Assembly (NCBI GenBank): GCA_045599445.1
Contig: JAZRWB010000011.1
Span: forward strand, 3,090 to 67,089
DNA length: 64,000 nucleotides
Source: Kiritimatiellia bacterium
Lineage (GTDB): Bacteria > Verrucomicrobiota > Kiritimatiellia > RFP12 > UBA1067
Direction of reading: 5' to 3'
Shown here: in pieces, positions 16,278 to 25,977 of the stretch
How positions within the stretch are numbered: the stretch's first letter is position 1
Layout of the letters: each line of letters opens with the position of its first letter
The notes under the pieces: model-generated
Databases searched by the model: none
The model's input: only the letters and a program-made list of their open reading frames with translations
What the model was told of the DNA's origin: nothing
Made by a program: the position numbers and the translations under genes

Positions 16278-16921
16278 GATAAGGACTTTCGTAAATCTTC
16301 CACCGCTTTTTTCATGTCGGGCTGCTTAAAGAGGTAACTGCCCGCCACAAACTGGTTCGCGCCCGCTTTGTACGCCATAGGAATCGTTTCGGCGTTGCCG
16401 CCTCCGTCAATCATAATGTCGAGCGTCGGTGAAAGCTTGCGAATATAGCTTACCTTCGGCAGGCACTCCGCGATAAAGGACTGTCCGCCATAACCCGGAT
16501 GAACGGTCATCACGAGCAGCTCGTCGACTTCCCCTAAATAGGGTACGACCTTCTCCACCGGCGTTTCGGGGTTAAGGACGATCGCGTTCTTTAGCCCCAG
16601 CGCGCGAATCCGCTTAAGCTCGGTATGCAAGTCGCAATCCGCCTCGACGTGGATTTGAATAGTCTCGGAGCCCGCCTTCGCGAACTTCTCGATATAGAGG
16701 TCGGGGCGATTCATCATCAAATGGACGTTGCGATAGAACTTCGGGCACGTCTTACGGCAGAAATCCACAATCGACGGACCGAAGCTCATATTCGGCACGA
16801 AGGTAGGATCCATAATGTCGAGGTGAATCGCGTCCGCAGTCGATTTTTCGGCGCGAATAAGCTCGTCCGCCAAGTGACCCAAATCGGCAGCCAGGAACGA
16901 AGGAAGGATTTCAAGTTTCAT
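16274..16921 (-). CDS. rpe: Ribulose-phosphate 3-epimerase
   Basis: 215 aa. ILPSFLAADLGHL...IHLDIMDPTFVPNMSFG...MTVHPGYGGQ. Confidence 0.9.
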   Translation of the reverse strand: MKLEILPSFLAADLGHLADELIRAEKSTADAIHLDIMDPTFVPNMSFGPSIVDFCRKTCPKFYRNVHLMMNRPDLYIEKFAKAGSETIQIHVEADCDLHTELKRIRALGLKNAIVLNPETPVEKVVPYLGEVDELLVMTVHPGYGGQSFIAECLPKVSYIRKLSPTLDIMIDGGGNAETIPMAYKAGANQFVAGSYLFKQPDMKKAVEDLRKSLS

Positions 16922-16927
16922 CGCACT

Positions 16928-17428
16928 TTAGATTATATCATTTTCATGCGAGGCGCGGCGTGCGCGAAAGAAGTTCTGCAAAATCGCCTTCGACTCCACT
17001 TCCATCACGCCCTCGACGATTGTCGGGTGGTGGTTGATGCCGGGATGACGAAAGATATCGAAGACCGTGCCGCCGCCGCGCTTCGGATCGGAGAGCCCCC
17101 AAACGACGCTCTTCACTCGCGCGAGCACAATCGCGCCCGCGCACATCGGACAAGGTTCCTTGGTAACGTAAAGCCGCGCCTTGTTAAGCCGCCAATTGCC
17201 GGTCGCCTGAAACGCTTGGGTAAGCGCGAGCATTTCGGCGTGGGCGGTCGCGTCGACGAGCCCTTCCGCCTGATTGTGGGCGCGGCCCAAAATCCGCACC
17301 GCCGAAGGCGAGACGTCCTCCGATTCCGGCTCTTCGATAATTACGCACCCCGTCGGCACTTCGCCGTCCGCCGCCGCCTTCTCGGCTTCACGAAGCGCCA
17401 TACCCATAAAGTGTTCGTCGTAAGTCAC
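16928..17428 (-). CDS. tadA: tRNA adenosine(34) deaminase
   Basis: 166 aa. HAEMLAL and PCPMCAGA zinc-binding motifs. Confidence 0.9.
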   Translation of the reverse strand: MTYDEHFMGMALREAEKAAADGEVPTGCVIIEEPESEDVSPSAVRILGRAHNQAEGLVDATAHAEMLALTQAFQATGNWRLNKARLYVTKEPCPMCAGAIVLARVKSVVWGLSDPKRGGGTVFDIFRHPGINHHPTIVEGVMEVESKAILQNFFRARRASHENDII

Positions 17429-18135
17429 AATCCGAGCACCCTTTCCGCATTAATGAAAGTCGTCTCCGCGAATTCCTCCATCGGAATTCCCTTAAGTTCC
17501 GCGAGGAAGCGACATGTGTGAACGAGAAACGCGGGTTCGTTCGCTTCGCCGCGCTTCGGCACCGGCGCGAGATAAGGCGAGTCGGTTTCGATTAGAATTC
17601 GATCCATCGGAATTACGCGCGCGACTTCGCGCACATTCTCCGCCGCCTTAAATGTCACTATTCCCGAAATCGAAACGTAAAAGCCGAGATCGAGAAATTG
17701 CTTCGCCGCTTCCACGGTTCCCGTGTAGGAGTGGATGATGCCGCGCGAAGGAACTTTTCTTAAAAGCGCAATCGTATCCTCGTCGGCTTCGCGAGTGTGG
17801 ATAACGACCGGCAAGTCGCGAGCGCGCGCGAGTTCCAGCTCTTCGTAAAATAGCGCGAGCTGCTTTTCGCGCGTTTCGGGCGAGTAGTGATAATCAAGTC
17901 CGATTTCGCCAATCGCCGTCGCTTCCCCGAGCGCGGGAAGTTCCTTGTCGATTTGATCGCGGTCGTAGCCGAGCGCGTGAATCGGCGAAGCGAGCGCGGC
18001 CGAAGCGTTAAGCGCCTCCGAGCCGCCGACCGCCATTAGCTTTTCGACCCCCGCCGCCCGAGCGCGGGCGAGCGTCGCGTCGATTACCGCGCGCTCGCAA
18101 GTCTCGAAGTGGCAATGGGTATCGAATAGCCGCAT
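17425..18135 (-). CDS. tatD: TatD-family hydrolase
   Basis: 236 aa. MRLFDTHCHF, GEIGLDYHY, VVIHTREA, IIHSYTG, ETDSPYLAP. Confidence 0.85.
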   Translation of the reverse strand: MRLFDTHCHFETCERAVIDATLARARAAGVEKLMAVGGSEALNASAALASPIHALGYDRDQIDKELPALGEATAIGEIGLDYHYSPETREKQLALFYEELELARARDLPVVIHTREADEDTIALLRKVPSRGIIHSYTGTVEAAKQFLDLGFYVSISGIVTFKAAENVREVARVIPMDRILIETDSPYLAPVPKRGEANEPAFLVHTCRFLAELKGIPMEEFAETTFINAERVLGL

Positions 18136-18141
18136 TTTATT

Positions 18142-18612
18142 TTAGGCGCGAACCTTGACGATCAGCTTGTGCGCCTTCTTCGGCTCGTCGGTCGTCACCG
18201 CCGGCGCGTGCGCGCAGGTAATCGGCCAGGTGATGCAGAACTCGCCTTGCTTAACGACGAACCACTCGACCTTCTGCTCGTAAAGCCCGCCATCGCCCGC
18301 TTCGTCGAACGAACCCTTGGCGAGCGCGTCGAACACCGCAAGCCCAATCTTCTCGTCGGCGGCGAGCGGAACGTGAACGTCGAAATACTTGTGATGGACT
18401 TCCGGCTTGCGATCCGCGGGAAGGACATACTGCGCCTCGACGTTGTTCACGAATACTTCGTCGCCCGCGATGTCGTTGCGCCCCGCCTTGAGCGAGGCGA
18501 AGTCTCCGCGCTTCAGGAACTCCACCGCCTTCGCGAACGCGGGGCTTAAGCTCGCGTAGGCGGAAAGGTTTTCGAGCTTGTCGATTACATAGACGTTTTC
18601 GAGTTTTTGCAT
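18142..18612 (-). CDS. YhcH/YjgK/YiaL-family protein
   Basis: EVHHKYFDVHVPLAADEKIGL is typical of the family. ATG at 18612 (MQKLENVYV...) is preferred over the ORF-track start at 18651, which overlaps the upstream gene. Confidence 0.7.
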   Translation of the reverse strand: MQKLENVYVIDKLENLSAYASLSPAFAKAVEFLKRGDFASLKAGRNDIAGDEVFVNNVEAQYVLPADRKPEVHHKYFDVHVPLAADEKIGLAVFDALAKGSFDEAGDGGLYEQKVEWFVVKQGEFCITWPITCAHAPAVTTDEPKKAHKLIVKVRA

Positions 18613-18616
18613 TTTC

Positions 18617-19288
18617 TTAGAGTCCTTTCGGTGGGTTACTGATAAATTCAAGCGGTGCGCCAGTTTTCGGATTGCGGACGACGAGGCGCGAGGCGTGTAA
18701 GTGAAGACGATCCGCTTTCTTCGCGCCGTACTTTACGTCGCCCACGACCGGATGACCAGCTTCGGAGAAGTGAACGCGGATTTGGTTTTTGCGACCCGAC
18801 TTAAGCGCGACTGAGACGAGCGTCGTTCCGCGCGAAACGGAAAGCGACTTCCATTCGGTGCGAGCGAGCTTGCCCTCGCGCGGGCTTGCGACGCTCCGAA
18901 CCTTCATCGTCTTCGGGTCGTCCTTTAGGTAGGAGACGAATTCGCCGCTTTGCTCGGTTAGCTCGCCCTCGACGCGCGCGAGATACGTCTTTTCGGTAAG
19001 CTCGTTCCATCTTTCGCGCAACGCCTCGGAGAAGTCTTCGCGCTTCGCGAAAATCATCACCCCCGAAGTATCGCGGTCGAGCCGATGAACGAGATAGACG
19101 CGCTTCGAGCTCTTGAGCTGACCCTTGCGCACATAGGCGGTAAGGAGATTCTCCGCCGTCAGCTGAGCTTCGCGCGCGGCGCGACCGACGAGCGCGGTGT
19201 GGGTCGTAAGCAGGCCCTCGGGCTTGTCGATCGCAATGAGGTCGCGATCTTCGTAAAGAATTTCGAAAGGCAGGAACTTCGACTTCAT
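18617..19288 (-). CDS. RluA-family pseudouridine synthase
   Basis: 223 aa. Catalytic motif HRLDRDTSGV. Confidence 0.85.
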   Translation of the reverse strand: MKSKFLPFEILYEDRDLIAIDKPEGLLTTHTALVGRAAREAQLTAENLLTAYVRKGQLKSSKRVYLVHRLDRDTSGVMIFAKREDFSEALRERWNELTEKTYLARVEGELTEQSGEFVSYLKDDPKTMKVRSVASPREGKLARTEWKSLSVSRGTTLVSVALKSGRKNQIRVHFSEAGHPVVGDVKYGAKKADRLHLHASRLVVRNPKTGAPLEFISNPPKGL

Positions 19289-20832
19289 CGTTCGAGGAAG
19301 CGCCCTTGGCGATGGCCGGTGAATTTTCCGTTCGAGTAAGCGAGCGCGCCGTTTACGAGCACCGCTTTCACGCCGAGCGCAAAAGCGTGGGGCTTCGAAT
19401 ACGTCGCCGGAGAAACGAATTCGTCTTCGCGCCAGACGACGAGGTCCGCTTGAAAACCCTTCGCGATTCGTCCGCGATGTTTAAGCTCGAAGCGATCGGC
19501 GACCGAAGAGGTCATGCGACGCACGATCTGTTCGCGCGAAAAGCCGAGCGCGCGCAAGCGACGATAGAATTCGCACATCGTTCCGTAGGCGCGAGGGTGC
19601 GGATGGTCGAGACCGAGCGGACCGGTCGGCGAACGAAGTGACGCGTCGGAACCGGGCAGAATCCATTCGCGCGAATAGATCTTGTCGAGGTTTTCCTCCG
19701 ACATCGTGAAGAAAAAGGCGCCCGTCTTGCAGCCGTCGAGTTCGAGAACGCGGGCGATGAATTCGCCAGACGAATTGCCGGCGAGCGAGGCGATGGTCTT
19801 ACCCGAGTATCCGCGCGTCTCTTCGCTCCATCCGCCGCCAATCATCACCTTCGACCAGTCGGTATCGGACGCGTTAAGCTCGCGGACGATGCGCGCGCGC
19901 AAAGCGGAGTCTTTCAGCCGCGCGAGCTCGCCTTTCGCCGCGCCTTCCTGCGCCCAGTCGGGGAGAACTACGTCGAGATCGGTCCCCGCCGCGCAGTAGG
20001 GATAGCGATCGGAGCCAAGCAAAAGTCCGTCCGCAATCGCGCATTCGATTTTCTCGAGCACCGCGTCGATCTTCGGCCAGTTCTTTTCGCCGCTCGTTTT
20101 GAGGTGGGAGATTTCGGCGCGAATGCCGGTCGCCTTGACGAGCGAGATAACTTCGTCGATCGCCTTTTCGATTTCGTCGCCTTCGCTACGCATGTGGGTC
20201 GCGTAAAAGCCGCCCTTTTGCGCGGCAACGCGCGCGAGCGCCAGCACCTCTTCATTATCCGAGTACTTGCCCGGCTGGTAAATAAGTCCCGTGGTAAGTC
20301 CATAGCCGCCTTCGTCCAACGCCGTTTCGAGCAGTCGCGCCATCGATTTCACTTCATCGGGCGAGGCGGCGCGCGCGGCATAGCCCATAACCGAGGAACG
20401 CAACGTGTTGTGGCCGATGAACTCGACGGTGTTGATCGCGATTTTCGTCTGCGCAAGAACTTCGCGATATTCGGCGAGCGAACGCCAAACGAGTTTCTCG
20501 CCGAGCAAGGTCGCCCAATCGGACGAAAGGCGCGCTTCGCCGTAGCGCGGGGCGATCGAGCCGCCGCATTGTCCGTTCAGTTCGGTGGTAATGCCTTGCG
20601 AAAGCTTGGAAGGCGCGTCCGGCTCGAGAACGAGATAGGCGTCGGAGTGGGAATGGGCGTCGATGAAGCCGGGCGTGACGAGAAGTCCCGTCGCATCAAT
20701 CGTCTCGTCGGCAACCGCTTTCGTCTCTCCGCGCTCGACCGCAACAATCTTATCGCCCTCGACGAGCACATCGCCGACGAAGCCCTTAGAGCCGGTGCCG
20801 TCGATGATCGTGCCGTTTTTAATTAGCGTCAT
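19285..20832 (-). CDS. Amidohydrolase, N-acyl-D-amino-acid deacylase-like
   Basis: GFIDAHSHSD metal-binding motif. The likely start is MTLIKNGTIIDG at 20832 (ATGA overlap with the upstream stop). The Arg-rich 45-aa extension in the ORF track is rejected. Confidence 0.75.
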   Translation of the reverse strand: MTLIKNGTIIDGTGSKGFVGDVLVEGDKIVAVERGETKAVADETIDATGLLVTPGFIDAHSHSDAYLVLEPDAPSKLSQGITTELNGQCGGSIAPRYGEARLSSDWATLLGEKLVWRSLAEYREVLAQTKIAINTVEFIGHNTLRSSVMGYAARAASPDEVKSMARLLETALDEGGYGLTTGLIYQPGKYSDNEEVLALARVAAQKGGFYATHMRSEGDEIEKAIDEVISLVKATGIRAEISHLKTSGEKNWPKIDAVLEKIECAIADGLLLGSDRYPYCAAGTDLDVVLPDWAQEGAAKGELARLKDSALRARIVRELNASDTDWSKVMIGGGWSEETRGYSGKTIASLAGNSSGEFIARVLELDGCKTGAFFFTMSEENLDKIYSREWILPGSDASLRSPTGPLGLDHPHPRAYGTMCEFYRRLRALGFSREQIVRRMTSSVADRFELKHRGRIAKGFQADLVVWREDEFVSPATYSKPHAFALGVKAVLVNGALAYSNGKFTGHRQGRFLER

Positions 20833-21284
20833 GCGATATACTTTTCGCCACACATCGAGCAAATCGCTCCCGCGTGAACTTCGGCGTGGCAATGGGGACA
20901 AGCGCGAACGAGTACTTCGCCGCAAAGCGCGCAATAGCGTCCGCCGACCGGATCGGCCGTTTCGCAATCGGGAAGATATAGCGTCTTACCGTCGACTTGA
21001 TAGGCGTGGTTCGAGGGGCAAGCGGGGTTCGGACAATAACCGCGAACCGCGGACTTGACCGGCGTCGGCTCAATCGCCGCCTTTTCCGCGAAAAGCTCCA
21101 CCCCGAACTTGTCGGCGAGTTTTCTAACGACCTCGTCGCTCAATTTCGTCGGCTGACCCTGCTCGAACATCGAAAGCGCCGATTGCTTGCAGCCGACCTC
21201 TTCCGCGACCTCGACTTGTCCAAGCTTCGCCAAACGACGAGCTTCGCGGATTTTACGGCAAATATCTGGACTTATATTAATCAC
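20829..21284 (-). CDS. XRE-family HTH regulator fused to Cys-rich zinc-ribbon region
   Basis: 151 aa. HTH LGQVEVAEEVGCKQSALSMFEQG. C-terminal CPNPACP...CALCG...CPHCH...CSMCG. GTG start. Confidence 0.75.
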   Translation of the reverse strand: MINISPDICRKIREARRLAKLGQVEVAEEVGCKQSALSMFEQGQPTKLSDEVVRKLADKFGVELFAEKAAIEPTPVKSAVRGYCPNPACPSNHAYQVDGKTLYLPDCETADPVGGRYCALCGEVLVRACPHCHAEVHAGAICSMCGEKYIA

Positions 21285-21292
21285 CAGTTGAT

Positions 21293-21332
21293 ATTATAAA
21301 CTTTATTGACATTATTATCAACAGGGTTGATA
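21293..21332 (-). promoter_or_regulatory. Near-consensus promoter TTGATA-N17-TATAAT 8 nt from the GTG start, overlapped by palindrome TATCAAC-agg-GTTGATA
   Basis: -10 at 21293-21298 and -35 at 21316-21321 (minus strand). 7-bp inverted repeat at 21316-21322 / 21326-21332. Further GTTGAT(A/T) copies at 21287, 21338 and 21346. Confidence 0.55.
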
Positions 21333-21355
21333 TATTTGTTGATAAGTTGATTTAT

Positions 21356-21916
21356 TTAGTACATCCGCTTAAGGATTTCGTCAGTAAGCAGATATTCTTC
21401 GCCTTTTTTATAAGGAATACCGCATCTTTCAAGCTCGGCAATCACCGGGCCGGAAAGGATATTCTGGTGATCTTGGAAGAATTTCGTCAATGCATCGCGT
21501 TTTTTGGCAAGATTTCCGCTGGGTTCGTTGGCTACGAGTACGGCTTCCAAAAGCTGGGCACGACGGGTGCGACCTGCCTTTTCGGCTTCGTCGCGAGCGG
21601 CTTTAACCGCCTCGAGGACATGATCGCGCGTTTCGCCTTCGAAGCGGTCGGCAATCTCCACATCGCGGTCGATGAGCGCGACCTTGTTGGAAGCGGAGGT
21701 TTCGGAATTGGTCGCGAGGACGTCGCCGACCTTTTCGAGCGCCGTTTTCATTTCCGCAATCTGCGCTTTTAGCGTTCCGAGTTCGGTCGAAAGGCGAGCG
21801 TTCTCCTTCTCGAGCTCGATCATCCGCTCTTCCTGTTCCACCTTTTCGGCGGCGAGTTCTTCGACGACGGCTTTCTGCACGTCGACTTCCTCGGGCATGA
21901 AATCAGTTACTTCCAT
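21356..21916 (-). CDS. Hypothetical coiled-coil protein
   Basis: 186-aa ORF with a Glu/Lys/Ala-rich heptad-like N-terminal half. No enzyme motif. Confidence 0.5.
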   Translation of the reverse strand: MEVTDFMPEEVDVQKAVVEELAAEKVEQEERMIELEKENARLSTELGTLKAQIAEMKTALEKVGDVLATNSETSASNKVALIDRDVEIADRFEGETRDHVLEAVKAARDEAEKAGRTRRAQLLEAVLVANEPSGNLAKKRDALTKFFQDHQNILSGPVIAELERCGIPYKKGEEYLLTDEILKRMY

Positions 21917-23144
21917 TCAGATTCTCTCCCTTGAATTCGCAGCCCTCGTAGATGAACAGCCGACAGTCGATGGGGCCGTTGAAGAACGGGACGCGATTGC
22001 GATAGTAAAGATTTACGAGTTTGGAAAGTTCGGGATTGCCGGTAATGAGCGCGCCCGTCCAGCCCTTGCACTTATCGTGCATGAACTCGCCGATGCGCTC
22101 GTAAACGGGAGCGAGTTCCTTCGGGTCGCCGAGGCGAATGCCGTATTCCGGATTGAAGAAGACCGCGCCCCGCTCGTCCGGAATCGGCGAGTCCGCGAAG
22201 TCGCACGCCTTGAATTCGAGATACGGCGCGACGCCGGCGGCGATGGCGTTAGTGTGGGCGTTCTCCACCGCTTCCGGCGAAATGTCGGTCGCGATGATGC
22301 GCGGCAAATTCTCCGTACGCTCCTCGTCGCGCGCTTCGAGCACGAGCTCCTTCCAAATCTGTTCGGGCGACGCGCCCGCGCGTTGGCGCGGAGCGACTCG
22401 CGGAGCGCTCTCGCCGGGGATGATGCGGTCGAAACCCTTGATCGACTGGAAGGCGAAGTGGCCCTTGAGACTGCCGGGCGCCTTGTTCATCGCGATCATC
22501 GCCGCTTCGATCGCGGGCGTACCCGAGCCGCACATCGGAGAGAGAAACGGCGTCTTGCCCTTCCAGCCCATCGCCATAAGGCAGGCGGCGGCGAGCGTCT
22601 CCTGCATCGGCGCGGAACCGGGAATCTTACGGTAGCCGCGCTTCGACAGCGGCTCGCCCGAAGTATCGAGATAGATTATCGCCTCGTCCTTCTCCCAATA
22701 GACGAAAATCGCACTTCCGATGTTCTCGCCGCCGGAGTCGGGACGGCGCTGGCACTTTTCGCGCATCCGGTCGGCGATCGCGTCCTTCGTGTAAAGCGAG
22801 GGGACGCGAGTATCGCGAATCGTGTAGTTGTGGACAATCGAGCTTACCGAGAAGTAACCGTCGGGATCGAGGTGGTTCTCCCAATCAATCGACTTCACCG
22901 CCTCGTAAAGATCCTTGATGTTGCGACAAGTCGTCCGAAGTAGCGGCACCAAAACGCGATGGGCGCAGCGAAGACGAAGATTGAGCTTCATCACCTCGCG
23001 CATCGCGCCGCGCACGACGACCGTATTTTCCGTAACCTCGATCGGCGTAAAACCGAGATCGCGAACCTCGACTTCCACCCAACGCGAAAGTTCCTTCGCG
23101 CAGGAGATGATTATCGGATAATCGCTATCGGTCCAGAGCTTCAC
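21903..23144 (-). CDS. THUMP-domain class I SAM-dependent RNA methyltransferase (RlmL/RlmK-N-like)
   Basis: APMQETLAAACLMAMGW...SPMCGSGTPAIEAAM. GTG at 23144 gives a GTGA overlap with the dnaN stop and is preferred over the ORF-track start at 23189. Confidence 0.8.
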   Translation of the reverse strand: MKLWTDSDYPIIISCAKELSRWVEVEVRDLGFTPIEVTENTVVVRGAMREVMKLNLRLRCAHRVLVPLLRTTCRNIKDLYEAVKSIDWENHLDPDGYFSVSSIVHNYTIRDTRVPSLYTKDAIADRMREKCQRRPDSGGENIGSAIFVYWEKDEAIIYLDTSGEPLSKRGYRKIPGSAPMQETLAAACLMAMGWKGKTPFLSPMCGSGTPAIEAAMIAMNKAPGSLKGHFAFQSIKGFDRIIPGESAPRVAPRQRAGASPEQIWKELVLEARDEERTENLPRIIATDISPEAVENAHTNAIAAGVAPYLEFKACDFADSPIPDERGAVFFNPEYGIRLGDPKELAPVYERIGEFMHDKCKGWTGALITGNPELSKLVNLYYRNRVPFFNGPIDCRLFIYEGCEFKGENLNGSN

Positions 23145-24238
23145 GAAATGCGAAGCGGCATCAGCACGTAAATGAACGGCATCGCGCACTTGATGACGGC
23201 GGGGGAATGACCGTTGTTGAGGTGAATCGTGATTTCGTCGTCATCGATCGCCTTCAACGGATCCATTACGTAAGCGGGGTTGAACATAATCTCGATTTTC
23301 TCGCCCGCGTACTTGATCGGTACTTCGTCCTTCGCTTCACCGATGTCGCTGACGGCGGAAGTGACGACGAGCTTACCTTCGGAGAAAATAAGCTTCGTCG
23401 AATGGGCCTCGTCCATCGTCATCACACTCGCGCGTTCGAGTGCGTTCAGAAGAAGCTGACGATCGATGGTTATCGATTCGGCGGTTTCCTTCGGAATAAC
23501 CTGATTGTAATTAGGATAGACGTCGTCCATCAATTTGGAATAAATCATCGTCGTACCCAATTTGAAGCAAACCTGGGTCTTTTGAATCATGATCGCGACG
23601 TCACCTTCGCCGGTAAGCGAGCGCTGAAGTTCGGCGACCGCCTTCGAAGGAAGGACGATGTCCTTTTCCGCGCTCTTGGGAAACTCGAGTTCGTTTTCGA
23701 TCAGCGCAAGACGACGACCGTCGGTAGCGACCATTGTCAGTTTTTCGTTCTTAAAGCTGATTAAAACGCCCTTGAGCGTACGCCGAGTGTCGTCTTGACT
23801 CGCAGCATACGAAACTTTCCTCAACATTTCGCGAAAGACGGCTTGAGAAACGTTATAGGCGTAAGCTTCTTCATCCTTGGGAAGACGGGGAAATTCCGAT
23901 TCGGGCATGCCGGAGAGTTTGAACTTCGCACTACCAGCTTTTATCTCCGCCTTTTCCTTGGCGTCGACGGAAATTTCAACTATTCCTTCTTCGACTTTTG
24001 AAATTGAATTGAAAAGCAGTTTTACGGGAAGCGTAGTAACTCCCTGATCAATTACTTCGCATTCGCAAATCGCCTTGATCGAAATATCAAGATCGGTTGT
24101 AGTCATCTTAAGTTCCTTGCCCTTGGCTTCAAGCATGACATTTTGAAGAATGGGCAAAGAGCCTTTTCCGGCGACGATATTTTGAACGCTCTTAAGACCT
24201 TCGAGAAACTTCGATCTTACTATTTTCAATTTCATTTT
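23141..24238 (-). CDS. dnaN: DNA polymerase III beta sliding clamp
   Basis: MKLKIVRSKFLEGLKSVQNIV...LPILQNVMLEA..., about 365 aa. GGAGA Shine-Dalgarno before ATG 24238. The ORF-track start at 24274 is rejected. Confidence 0.9.
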   Translation of the reverse strand, partial: KMKLKIVRSKFLEGLKSVQNIVAGKGSLPILQNVMLEAKGKELKMTTTDLDISIKAICECEVIDQGVTTLPVKLLFNSISKVEEGIVEISVDAKEKAEIKAGSAKFKLSGMPESEFPRLPKDEEAYAYNVSQAVFREMLRKVSYAASQDDTRRTLKGVLISFKNEKLTMVATDGRRLALIENELEFPKSAEKDIVLPSKAVAELQRSLTGEGDVAIMIQKTQVCFKLGTTMIYSKLMDDVYPNYNQVIPKETAESITIDRQLLLNALERASVMTMDEAHSTKLIFSEGKLVVTSAVSDIGEAKDEVPIKYAGEKIEIMFNPAYVMDPLKAIDDDEITIHLNNGHSPAVIKCAMPFIYVLMPLRIS

Positions 24239-24456
24239 ACAGTCTCCTTCGTCGAATGTTGTAGATTGTATCAAATAATATTATTCTTATAAATAGAAAG
24301 AATTATTATTATTAGGTTTGTTGATAATTAAAGTAACTTGATTTAAGTCCTCTACTTCAAGGGTATTTAAGAGTTTTGATTGTTGGTAAATTATATTCAT
24401 TTATTTGATTGAAGTTAGTAGCAAGGTACTTGTAATCACTTGTAGAGAGATTATCA
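24239..24456. other. Very AT-rich dnaA-dnaN intergenic region, candidate DNA-unwinding element / origin component
   Basis: 218 bp of AT-rich sequence with runs such as AATAATATTATTCTTATAAATAGAAAGAATTATTATTATT inside an otherwise roughly 60 % GC block. One TGTTGATAA (1 mismatch to TGTGGATAA) at 24319-24327. Confidence 0.4.
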
Positions 24457-25878
24457 TCATTCCATCGAATCCGAAAGTTTATAACCGAGAGAGGAAAGAA
24501 TTTCCTCGAGATCGGCTTTTAATCCGGGTTCGGTTGATAATCTTTCTTGAATTGTCTTTACTCCTGAAATGATAGTAGCATGCTGTTTATCGAAAGCCTT
24601 GGCAATTTCCTTCAATCCTTTTGAAGTGTATTTTCTTGCAATATACATCGCCAATTGACGAGGAGTTACAATTGATTGAATTCTTTCATGCGAAAGAATG
24701 TCTTTCATGGTAACCGCAAACTTCTTTGCGCAAGTTTGCTGAATCTCTTCAATAGTAAGCTTTCTTAAGGATTGTTCCTTCTTTATAAAATCGTCAAGTA
24801 GATCCGTAAGAATCAGCTTGTTAATGATTACAGAAGGATTGGCCGAAATGTAGACTTCAACCGTGGCGAGCGCACCTTCCATCGCACGGACGTGGCTTTT
24901 AATGTTATCGGAAATGTATTCCAGAGCGAAGTCGGGAATCTTGACTTCCGAATCCTCGGCTTTTTTCTTTAGAATTGCCAGGCGAGTTTCGTAATTAGGA
25001 GATTCTATTTCCTGCAGCATTCCGCCCTCGAAGCGGGAAATAAGTCTCGCCTCGATAGAAGGCGGAAGATTCTTCGGCGCCACGTCGGAAGTCATGACGA
25101 TTTGTTTCTTCTTGTCCTTAAGGGCATTGAAGGTATTGAAGAATTCCTCTTGAATCTCCTTGCCCTTTTGGAAGAACTGCACGTCGTCGAGGAGCAGCAC
25201 GTCGAGCTTGCGGTATTTCTCGCGAAACTTCGGAATGTTGTTGTCCTTCATGTAGTTGACGTACTCGTTAAGATACTCTTCGGCGGTGAGATAGCAAATC
25301 GCGAGCGAAGGATCGCGCCTTTTAAGTTCGTTTCCGATCGCCTGCATAAGGTGGGTCTTGCCGAGACCCGTTCCGCCGTGAATGAAAAGCGGGCTACAAC
25401 CTTGTCGCCCGGGATTTTTAACTACCGCTTTCGCGGCAGCGATGGCGAAACTGTTTGAAGGGCCGCTGACGAACTTTTCGAAAGTATAGTCGTCGTTGAG
25501 AGGCATCGTGGAGACAAAAGCGCTCGGCGCGGACGAAGTCGGCCTTTCGCCAATCGCGCCGATAACGGAAGGAACGATCAAGGTCGGCTTCGCCGATGCA
25601 TCGTAACTCACTTCGATATTGATGTTCTCCGACGCGCCGGCGAGGAGAAAACTCCCTTTGAGTTTGTTGAGATGATCGCGACGAATCAAATCGACGGCAA
25701 ACTCGGTTGAAGTGTATATCCGAAATGAATCCCCTTCGCTGGAGACGGAAGTGATCATTCCCAAATATCTTTCGGCCTGGCTTTTTTCCTCCGGACGCGC
25801 CGACAAGGACGATAGATAAATCGCCTTTGCGCTTTCCCACAGCTGCTTGGAGGACGTGTCTATGGTGTTATTGCTCAT
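24457..25878 (-). CDS. dnaA: Chromosomal replication initiator protein DnaA
   Basis: 473 aa. AAA+ Walker A GGTGLGKTHL, LLLDDVQF, and a C-terminal DnaA-box-binding domain (...QLAMYIARKYT...IAKAFDKQHATI). Confidence 0.95.
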   Translation of the reverse strand: MSNNTIDTSSKQLWESAKAIYLSSLSARPEEKSQAERYLGMITSVSSEGDSFRIYTSTEFAVDLIRRDHLNKLKGSFLLAGASENINIEVSYDASAKPTLIVPSVIGAIGERPTSSAPSAFVSTMPLNDDYTFEKFVSGPSNSFAIAAAKAVVKNPGRQGCSPLFIHGGTGLGKTHLMQAIGNELKRRDPSLAICYLTAEEYLNEYVNYMKDNNIPKFREKYRKLDVLLLDDVQFFQKGKEIQEEFFNTFNALKDKKKQIVMTSDVAPKNLPPSIEARLISRFEGGMLQEIESPNYETRLAILKKKAEDSEVKIPDFALEYISDNIKSHVRAMEGALATVEVYISANPSVIINKLILTDLLDDFIKKEQSLRKLTIEEIQQTCAKKFAVTMKDILSHERIQSIVTPRQLAMYIARKYTSKGLKEIAKAFDKQHATIISGVKTIQERLSTEPGLKADLEEILSSLGYKLSDSME

Positions 25879-25887
25879 TTGGACAAT

Positions 25888-25896
25888 AATATACCA
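25888..25896 (-). promoter_or_regulatory. Extended -10 (TGgTATATT) 9 nt upstream of the dnaA ATG
   Basis: The minus strand reads gtttaTGgTATATT-attgtccaa-ATG. No Shine-Dalgarno. Confidence 0.4.
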
Positions 25897-25977
25897 TAAA
25901 CTTTGACGTGGCGATACAGAGAAGAAATTGACCGTTGCTAACTACTTATTTACAAAACGTGTAGATAAGTATATAAG

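Noticed and set aside
21315-21345. TTATCAACA / TGTTGATAA pair interpreted as a dedicated DnaA-box cluster (datA/DARS-like)
   Set aside because: One copy is simply the TTGATA -35 hexamer of a near-consensus promoter. The set is better explained as operator half-sites of the adjacent XRE regulator. It is kept only as an alternative in the corresponding finding.
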